A DNA stretch of 64,000 nucleotides from a virus. Under the pieces are notes generated by a model, which was given only the letters and a program-made list of their open reading frames with translations, was not told the origin of the DNA and did no database searches. A program made the position numbers and the translations under genes. Where the stretch lies: the IMG/VR virus record IMGVR_UViG_3300032334_000488, positions 1 to 64,000 of that record. One strand, given 5' to 3'. Shown here one piece after another: positions 56,914-64,000 of this stretch (its first letter is position 1; each line of letters opens with the position of its first letter).

Positions 56914-58652
56914 TGTCATTTCTTGACTTTAGTCCTCCATCGTATAGAGCAGCCTCTAGCGACTTAACTATCTCTATTTCACCACTTGGTTTGGTGGAAC
57001 TTGCTGATGAAGAATTTGAAGTACACGGTCCACGCCTCAATCGTTACTCGCTGAACTGGGCGATGTACCTTGGTCATCACTGGGGTTACCGCCGTGAACA
57101 AGGCGAAATGCAGATTGCAGTTAACTACTATCGTGCATTTAATGACTATCTTTCACGTTTTACATTTGGTAACGGATTACATTTTCGTTCTCCTAAGGCA
57201 ACAGAAGCAATTGTTCCAGACCGCTTAGAGCGTATCTGGGAAGTAGACAACGACAAGATGCGTGTACTACTTGAGATGGGTCAACAAGGCGGCATCACTG
57301 GTGACGTATTTGTTAAAGTTGCCTACGAAGAACCATGGACTGACTCTGCTGGACACTTCCATCCTGGTCGTGTTCGTTTACTACCAATGAACTCTTCATT
57401 CTGCTTCCCTGAGTTTCACCCACACGATCGAACACGCCTATTGCGTTTTAAGCAGAAGTATCGTTTCTGGGGAACATCACTAGAAGGTACACGTCAAGTG
57501 TTTACCTATACTGAGATTTTGACTGACGACGTTATTGAAGAATACGTAAACGACGAGTTGATCGACTCTCGTCCAAATCCACTTGGACTAATTCCAGTGG
57601 TACACATACCTAATGTTCCTGTTTCAGGATCGCCGTGGGGTCTCTCGGACGCACACGACATCATCACTATCAACCGTGCATATAACGAAATTAGCACTGA
57701 TGTCGCTGACATCATTAACTACCACGCATCACCAGTAACGGTGATCGTGGGTGCTAAAGCCTCTAACTTGGAAAAGGGTGCTAAAAAAGTCTGGGGCGGT
57801 CTTCCAAAAGATGCTCAGGTTTTCAATCTTGAAGGTGGCGCCCAAGGTATTGACGGTGCTTTGAAGTATCTTGAACTTCTAAAGCGCTCAATGCATGAAA
57901 TTATGAACATCCCAGAAACCGCACTGGGACAAGTTCAAGCAATCTCTAACACTTCAGGTGTTGCACTTTCTATTCAGTATCAGCCATTGATGAACCGCTA
58001 CTCACAAAAGGTAGCGCAGTACGGCAAGGGACTAGAAAGAATCAATGAACTTGCACTTCGTACTCTGTTCCTCAAAGAGCCAGAGACTATGCTCTACAAC
58101 CCAGAGTTTGATGGTCCAATCAAAGAAGGTCAGTTACCACAACTAGATCCTAATGACCCAATCTCTTACATGAATTACGCTCACTTCCCACAACCACTGC
58201 CTCTTGACAAGTTGATTGCGCTTAACGAAATCCAGACTAAGTTGGGTATGGGTCTTGAGTCTAAGGAGGGTGCACTCCGTACTCTTGGTGAGGAATTCCC
58301 AGAGGAGAAGTTGGAAGAGATTCGTCAAGAACTTATCTCTGATGCCCAAGCAGATGGCGCTCTACAACTTGTTAAGATTCAAATTCAGAAGCAGATTATG
58401 GACATGACTGGCATGATGCCAGGACCTGATGGCAACTCTGCTATCCCAATGCAGCCTACCCAACTAGGAGATGGCGACGTTATGGGTGATGGAGTTATTG
58501 GTGCAGAAGATCCAAAGAACCCAGAGAACGCAGCAAGCCAAGAGACTAAGGGAATCGAAGTCCAGGCTGAAGCAGACCTGCGTAACAAACTTGTCACCGA
58601 TGCCTATGGAACCAAAATTCCACAGCGCAGAACAGTAGACAGGAAAGAATAA
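56913..58652 (+). CDS. portal protein
   Basis: position after terL, size, NPLG.IPVVH..N, G.SD, SGVAL motifs of SPP1 gp6-like portals. Confidence 0.85.
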   Translation: MSFLDFSPPSYRAASSDLTISISPLGLVELADEEFEVHGPRLNRYSLNWAMYLGHHWGYRREQGEMQIAVNYYRAFNDYLSRFTFGNGLHFRSPKATEAIVPDRLERIWEVDNDKMRVLLEMGQQGGITGDVFVKVAYEEPWTDSAGHFHPGRVRLLPMNSSFCFPEFHPHDRTRLLRFKQKYRFWGTSLEGTRQVFTYTEILTDDVIEEYVNDELIDSRPNPLGLIPVVHIPNVPVSGSPWGLSDAHDIITINRAYNEISTDVADIINYHASPVTVIVGAKASNLEKGAKKVWGGLPKDAQVFNLEGGAQGIDGALKYLELLKRSMHEIMNIPETALGQVQAISNTSGVALSIQYQPLMNRYSQKVAQYGKGLERINELALRTLFLKEPETMLYNPEFDGPIKEGQLPQLDPNDPISYMNYAHFPQPLPLDKLIALNEIQTKLGMGLESKEGALRTLGEEFPEEKLEEIRQELISDAQADGALQLVKIQIQKQIMDMTGMMPGPDGNSAIPMQPTQLGDGDVMGDGVIGAEDPKNPENAASQETKGIEVQAEADLRNKLVTDAYGTKIPQRRTVDRKE

Positions 58653-58780
58653 GATTCTGATAAAAAATCAGAGTATACCGAGATTTTTGTATTGAAATGT
58701 AATGCAATTATCTCGTAATAAAACCCAGTGGCACGCCGCAAGGCATTCGGACAAAGACCCAGAAAATATAGGTGATTACT

Positions 58781-59554
58781 ATGGAAAACCAAGTAGAAAC
58801 CGCTGACCTACTGTCTCCGCAACTAGCAGAAGCAGTAACAGCACAAGAAGTTTTTCAGAATGAGGTGAGTTCTGTGTATACCGCAGATGACATTGCTAAG
58901 GCTCGTGAGCAAGAAAAGGCAAAGTTATATCCTCAGATGGAAAAGATGAAAGAAGAACTTGCAGCAGCAAAGGCTCGTGCTGAAGAAGCAGCAGCCAAAG
59001 AAGCAGAGCGTGAAACCCTTCGTATTGCTCTTGAAAAAGATGCAGAGGCAAAGCGCAAGCAAGAAGAAGAAAGTGAACTATCGTTCAAAGAACTCCTCGC
59101 AAAGAAGGAGCAAGAATTTAATTCTCAACTAGAGAATGAACGTCTTGAAAGAGAACGTGCATTTGCTCTACTAGAGCAAGAGCGCAGGTTCCAAGAACTA
59201 ATGAATTACCGTCAAGATCGTCTGGAACAAGAGCGGGATAACATCGTTCCTGAACTAATCGACTTGATCCAAGGTAATACTCCCGATGAAATTGAGAGCA
59301 GCATCGCTACTCTCAAAGACAAGTCTTCAAGTATCTTGCAGTCTGCTCAAGCAGCCATGCAGAATGCGAAGCAACAAATGGCAGGTACTCGAATTACCGC
59401 ACCTGCCTCAGGACCCCTCGATAATGACTCGTCACAACAATCGTATACACCCGATGCAATTCGGGACATGACAATGGCCGACTATGCGAAACAAAGAGCC
59501 AAACTACTTGGCACTGCAGCCAGCAATCGTGGTCAGGGACTGTTCGATCAGTAA
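58781..59554 (+). CDS. head scaffolding protein
   Basis: acidic coiled coil between portal and MCP. Confidence 0.78.
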   Translation: MENQVETADLLSPQLAEAVTAQEVFQNEVSSVYTADDIAKAREQEKAKLYPQMEKMKEELAAAKARAEEAAAKEAERETLRIALEKDAEAKRKQEEESELSFKELLAKKEQEFNSQLENERLERERAFALLEQERRFQELMNYRQDRLEQERDNIVPELIDLIQGNTPDEIESSIATLKDKSSSILQSAQAAMQNAKQQMAGTRITAPASGPLDNDSSQQSYTPDAIRDMTMADYAKQRAKLLGTAASNRGQGLFDQ

Positions 59555-59593
59555 TCCCTTCCAACTAACCCATTAAGAAAGGACTTGACCTAA

Positions 59594-60721
59594 ATGGCAA
59601 GTGCAATTACAGGTACTGGGCAACTCGCAGGAGCGCCTACAGCGTACTCAGGTTCAAACTCATCTTTGAACCAAGCAATTCAAACAATCTGGAGCAAGGA
59701 AATTTTGTTCCAGGCAATGCCAATTCTTCGCTTCGAGCAATTCGCAGTTAAGAAGACAGAACTAGGTGTAGCACCTGGTCTCCGTGTGAACTTCCTCCGT
59801 TACAAGAACTTTGGTATCGATCCAACACCTCTAACTGAAGGTGTTCGTATGACAACCAACGCTCTAACAGCAGAGCAGATCGCAATCACAGTTGCAGAAC
59901 ACGGCTACGCAGTAGCAGTTTCTGAACTACTTCTTAACGCATCATTCGATGACGTTATGGCGTCAGCATCACGTCTTCTAGGTCGCCACATGGCACAGTA
60001 CCTAGATGTACAGGCTCGCAACACACTATCAGCAGCAACATCAGCAGTATTTGGTTACGACCGTACTGGCCTACAAGGTGTTAATGACTGGTACAACGAA
60101 GGAACACCTGCATCATCAATCTCAGCACTAGATGGTAACTACAAGTTGTCAACAGGTGCTGTAAAGGATGCTGCTCTTACCCTTGCTGGTAAGAACATCC
60201 CTCGCTTAGGTGAGACATACGTACAGTTCGTACACCCAAAGCAGTCACGTGACATTCGTTCGAACCCAGAGTTCATCGAAGTTACAAAGTACGCTGCTCC
60301 AGGAAACTTCATGCTCGGTGAAATCGGTCGTCTATACGACGTAGTATTCATCGAAACAACACAGGTTAAGAAGTTGGCTATCAATGCTGCTTACACAACA
60401 TCAACATCTGTTGGTGTTCCAGCAGATCAGTACAGCGTTCCTGTCAAGGCTAACACAGCCCCAGGTAACGGTGGAAACCCAGAGTCTGCAGATTTCACAG
60501 CAGAAAAGGGTTACCTAACTAACGCTACTGGTAACGGTGCTGAAGTTTACGAATCAATCATGATTGGTGACAACGCATTTGGTCACGCAATCTCTCTTCC
60601 AGTTGAACTACGTGACGGTGGAGTTCTTGACTTCGGTCGTGAGCACGCTCTTGCATGGTACGCAATCTGGGGCCTAGGTGTAATCACCGATCAGGCTATC
60701 GTCAAGGTTTACACAAACTAA
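59594..60721 (+). CDS. major capsid protein (N4-gp56-like)
   Basis: LRFEQFA, LTEG, VHPKQ..DIR, GEIG....V.F.ET; followed by terminator. Confidence 0.9.
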   Translation: MASAITGTGQLAGAPTAYSGSNSSLNQAIQTIWSKEILFQAMPILRFEQFAVKKTELGVAPGLRVNFLRYKNFGIDPTPLTEGVRMTTNALTAEQIAITVAEHGYAVAVSELLLNASFDDVMASASRLLGRHMAQYLDVQARNTLSAATSAVFGYDRTGLQGVNDWYNEGTPASSISALDGNYKLSTGAVKDAALTLAGKNIPRLGETYVQFVHPKQSRDIRSNPEFIEVTKYAAPGNFMLGEIGRLYDVVFIETTQVKKLAINAAYTTSTSVGVPADQYSVPVKANTAPGNGGNPESADFTAEKGYLTNATGNGAEVYESIMIGDNAFGHAISLPVELRDGGVLDFGREHALAWYAIWGLGVITDQAIVKVYTN

Positions 60722-60738
60722 GACAAGTTTTACAGATG

Positions 60739-60772
60739 TCTGGGGACCCTACTCCTTCCTGGGTCCCCAGGC
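60739..60772 (+). terminator. stem-loop after MCP
   Basis: ctggggaccc / gggtccccag. Confidence 0.65.
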
Positions 60773-60807
60773 ATCAATAACCAATCTACTTTAGGAGAAT
60801 AAATACC

Positions 60808-61179
60808 GTGGCAAATACACCAGTAAGTCCTTTAGACGCAACAGGTCGTGCTAAAGAACAAGCAACAAAGAAGAACGCAGCAGAGTTAAAGAAGCGTGCA
60901 GAAGAAATCTCAATCGCTACGCAACTTGAGGCAGAGAGTCTGGAGAAGGATGTCTTTGATCCTAAGAATCCAGATGCCCCACTCGTACTAGACGAGATCG
61001 AAAATGTTGGAGTATCAACTGCAGGTGACATGGTCGTCATCCGTACAATCACTGACATTGAAGATATGACTTACGGTGTAGGAAACTCTTACACCTTCAA
61101 AGCAGGCGTTAAGTATCGAGTCCCATCAGGTCTTGCGGCTTACCTTGAGCAACTTGGATATATTTGGCGTCCTAACTAA
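60808..61179 (+). CDS. hypothetical virion protein
   Basis: SD AGGAG, GTG start. Confidence 0.65.
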   Translation: MANTPVSPLDATGRAKEQATKKNAAELKKRAEEISIATQLEAESLEKDVFDPKNPDAPLVLDEIENVGVSTAGDMVVIRTITDIEDMTYGVGNSYTFKAGVKYRVPSGLAAYLEQLGYIWRPN

Positions 61180-61198
61180 ACACTAGACGTCACAAGTA

Positions 61199-61253
61199 GT
61201 CCGACCCTCAACTGGTTCCCGCCCTCCTCCCAGTTGGGGGTTGGACCTTTTTT
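61199..61253 (+). terminator. intrinsic terminator
   Basis: gtccgaccctcaactgg / ccagttgggggttggac + T-tract. Confidence 0.75.
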
Positions 61254-61311
61254 GTGCTGTGTAAATCTTAATTACACGAGATGATAAGGGCAGTAATTTA
61301 ACGGAGGTTTT

Positions 61312-62370
61312 GTGGCTACTATAGATGGTATGGCAGACCGCCTACGTTATGAGATAGGCGACATCGGTCGTTCGTTTGTCTATCAGTTTATTGCTGATGG
61401 CACCACTAACCGTTTTCTTATTCCGTACTCTCCTCTTGATGGTGCTAACTTGGTTGTAAACCAAGAAGGCGATGACGTCTCTGCAACTGTTGAAGTAGAA
61501 GAAGCAACTGGCTACATTGTATTTGACACTGTGCCTGCTCCAGGTGACACCATTATTGTTGCTGGAAACTACTACAAGTATTTTACAAATGTTGAAATCT
61601 GCCAATACGTTACAGACGCATTTGAGCAACACACAACTTTTCATACAGACTCTTATGGTCGAGTAATGAGTGTCTCTACTTTACCTACAGTCGAAGAATA
61701 CCCAGTAGTTATTTATGCATCTACTTTAGCCATGTACACACTGGCTACCGATGCCTCTTTTGACATTGACATTACAGCACCAGATGGAGTGATGATTCCT
61801 CGCTCTGAGCGTTATCGTCAGTTAATGCAGATGATTGATGTTCGCAAAAATCAATACAAGGAACTCTGCTCTCAACTTGGTATTGGTCTTTACAAGATCG
61901 ACGTGTTTTCTTTGCGCCGTATCTCAAAGACCACCAACGAATATGTACCAGTCTTTGAACCACAAGAAATTGATAATAAGTCTCCTAAGACACGAGTTCG
62001 TCTACCTATTCCTACCTATGGAAATGTTAAGCCAACTCCAACGACTGTTGTACAAGACTTGAATATCTACGAAGGCGATGACTATGAGTTCTCTATTCGT
62101 TTAGACTTTGAAGTTGATAACCTCACTCCATTGGCAGAAATTAGATCACTTCCAGGTGCAGCAGTTGTAGTCACTGAGTTTACTGTAACAAAACCAAACA
62201 TCACTGAAGATGGCGATAACCAACGAACACTGGTCCTTTCACTTACTGGTGAACAGACTCGTTTACTTCCTGGAAAGTCTTACTACGACGTACAATTAAC
62301 TGATGCAGAAGGCGTAACTCACACTTACGTCTCTGGAATAATCTTCGTTACCAAAGAGGTAAGCCAATGA
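61312..62370 (+). CDS. head-tail connector-like virion protein
   Basis: LR.EIGD adaptor-like start; C-terminal beta-rich YYDVQL domain; position. Confidence 0.55.
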   Translation: MATIDGMADRLRYEIGDIGRSFVYQFIADGTTNRFLIPYSPLDGANLVVNQEGDDVSATVEVEEATGYIVFDTVPAPGDTIIVAGNYYKYFTNVEICQYVTDAFEQHTTFHTDSYGRVMSVSTLPTVEEYPVVIYASTLAMYTLATDASFDIDITAPDGVMIPRSERYRQLMQMIDVRKNQYKELCSQLGIGLYKIDVFSLRRISKTTNEYVPVFEPQEIDNKSPKTRVRLPIPTYGNVKPTPTTVVQDLNIYEGDDYEFSIRLDFEVDNLTPLAEIRSLPGAAVVVTEFTVTKPNITEDGDNQRTLVLSLTGEQTRLLPGKSYYDVQLTDAEGVTHTYVSGIIFVTKEVSQ

Positions 62371-63020
62371 CCCCAAATCAATACACCCGTCCAGGGTCTA
62401 ATACTGTTCCAATCGCCGTAAACGATGTTGTATTAATTACAACTCCAGAAGGCACTACTCATCCATCAGGTTGTGGATGTGGTAGTTGTTCTGGTGGTGG
62501 TGGAGCAGTCACTGGTGCACAAGGTACCCAAGGCGTTAGAGGCGCCCAAGGAATACAAGGCGTACAGGGAACTCAGGGCGTTATCGGATCTCAAGGTATC
62601 CAGGGTGTTCAAGGAAGAGCAGTACAAGGTACACAAGGAACGCAGGGTGCTGGAACTCCAGGAACTCAGGGTCTTCAAGGAACACAGGGCCTTGACGGTG
62701 CTTATGCAGCCCAAGGTATTCAAGGAGTACAAGGAACCGCAGGTTCTCAAGGTATTGGTGGAGCAACTCTTGACAACACCGATGACCTTACAGAAGGCAC
62801 TACAAATAAGTACTTCACAGTTGGTCGTGTATCATTTGAGCATACCCAGGGAGCAGCAAGTGCTACCTGGAATGTTGTTCACAATTTAAATTTTTATCCT
62901 AACGTTACAGTTCAAGATTCGGCTGGTAATATAGTCGAAGGTGAAATCGCTTACACTAATTCGGACTCCTTAGTAATAACCTTTTCAGCAGCGTTCTCAG
63001 GTACAGCCTACTTATCTTAA
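62367..63020 (+). CDS. collagen-like fibre protein
   Basis: G-X-Q triplets; W.V.HNL..YP.V.V.D. Confidence 0.8.
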   Translation: MTPNQYTRPGSNTVPIAVNDVVLITTPEGTTHPSGCGCGSCSGGGGAVTGAQGTQGVRGAQGIQGVQGTQGVIGSQGIQGVQGRAVQGTQGTQGAGTPGTQGLQGTQGLDGAYAAQGIQGVQGTAGSQGIGGATLDNTDDLTEGTTNKYFTVGRVSFEHTQGAASATWNVVHNLNFYPNVTVQDSAGNIVEGEIAYTNSDSLVITFSAAFSGTAYLS

Positions 63021-63032
63021 GGAGATAACCGA

Positions 63033-64000
63033 ATGGCAAGAAAGTTTTTAACCCCGATTGATTTAGGCAAACTTGAACTTCAAAATGCCCGAATTCAAAA
63101 CCTTTCAACAGCACAAAAGCCAGTCAACCCAGTCGAAGGTCAGATCTACTATGACACTGACGATAAGGTTGTAAAGACCTGGAATGGTACTGCGTGGATT
63201 AACGCAAGCCAAGGTACACAAGGTGTGCAAGGCACTGTTGGTGCTCAGGGTGTACAAGGAACTCACGGTACACAGGGCGTACAAGGTACAGAAGGTCAAC
63301 AGGGAACTCAAGGCACTGATGGTACCCAAGGTACTCAAGGTACCGATGGAACTCAAGGTACTCAAGGCACTGATGGTACACAAGGAACTCAGGGTACCGA
63401 TGGAACCCAAGGTACACAGGGAACTGAAGGACAACAGGGTACTCAAGGTACAGATGGAACTCAAGGTACACAAGGTACTGATGGTACACAGGGCACACAA
63501 GGTACTGACGGCACACAAGGTGTGCAAGGAACCGAAGGTCAACAAGGAGTTCAAGGTACTGAAGGACAGCAAGGTACACAAGGAACAGAAGGCGCCCAAG
63601 GTACACAGGGAACTGACGGTACACAAGGAACCGAAGGATCACAGGGTACACAGGGTGCTGAAGGTAACTTTGGTGGTATCACAGTTGTTTACAACTTTGA
63701 TGATACTGTCACAATGGCAGACCCAGGCGACAATAATGCTCGTCTAAACAATGCTAACCCAACTCTAGTTACACACCTGGCATTGGATGATAATCCTGCT
63801 GATGGTAACTATGACATCTCTAACTTTTTACAAACAATCGATGACTCAACATCACCAATTAAGGGTCACGTAAAGGTATCTAGAAAATTTGATACTGCTA
63901 CTTTTTACCTCTACACAATCTCTGGTGTTACAGATTCAGCGCCAAACTGGTTTGATGTAGAAGTTGCTTATGTCTCTGGTCAAGGAGCATTTACTGACGG
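63033..64000 (+). CDS. collagen-like (GTQ/GTD) tail fibre protein, 3' truncated
   Basis: [11 protein letters not shown]...EGQIYYDT then long G-T-Q/D/E repeats; SD AAGGAG. Confidence 0.85.
   Translation, partial: MARKFLTPIDLGKLELQNARIQNLSTAQKPVNPVEGQIYYDTDDKVVKTWNGTAWINASQGTQGVQGTVGAQGVQGTHGTQGVQGTEGQQGTQGTDGTQGTQGTDGTQGTQGTDGTQGTQGTDGTQGTQGTEGQQGTQGTDGTQGTQGTDGTQGTQGTDGTQGVQGTEGQQGVQGTEGQQGTQGTEGAQGTQGTDGTQGTEGSQGTQGAEGNFGGITVVYNFDDTVTMADPGDNNARLNNANPTLVTHLALDDNPADGNYDISNFLQTIDDSTSPIKGHVKVSRKFDTATFYLYTISGVTDSAPNWFDVEVAYVSGQGAFTD

Noticed and set aside
63033-63120. QNLSTAQK in the fibre protein as a cargo tag
   Set aside because: Lacks the terminal Phe and lies in a fibre N-terminal domain
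62514-63662. Tandem DNA repeats as a regulatory or CRISPR element
   Set aside because: Explained by G-X-Y collagen-like coding repeats
1-64000. tRNA genes, retron or DGR
   Set aside because: No convincing cloverleaf in intergenic gaps and no reverse transcriptase ORF seen by eye

Overview
64 kb of a large tailed dsDNA phage genome. Two WhiB genes, leaderless TANNNT promoters, a TGTGA-N6-TCACA box, a proteasome-beta-like gene and an N4-gp56-type major capsid protein point to an actinobacterial host (inference). Layout: replication/recombination module on + (1-13.3 kb); small low-complexity proteins, then nucleotidyltransferase, HAD-like, TGT-like and class II RNR genes (13.4-23.4 kb); a minus-strand early/accessory block with tyrosine recombinase, transglycosylase, DenV-like glycosylase, WhiB and MoxR/VWA (23.4-36.1 kb); a structured non-coding/Endo VII region (36.2-38.9 kb); small effector enzymes (3 GNATs, an ADP-ribosyltransferase, a ParB-like protein; 38.9-42.3 kb); lysis/envelope genes; and head genes through collagen-like fibres. 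Main leads: (1) a short near-N-terminal tag, [N/S/T]-L-[S/N]-x-x-Q-F, on 8 (strict) to about 12 (with variants) mostly unrelated small proteins including host-modifying enzymes, suggesting an undescribed capsid-targeting/injected-cargo system; (2) a ~14 kb zone lacking GGCC/CCWGG/GGWCC, with a sharp right edge; (3) a polar 17-20 bp DNA motif repeated nine times, in all three reading frames, around the recombinase at that zone's left edge. All motif counts are by eye and all product calls come from motif recognition, not database searches.
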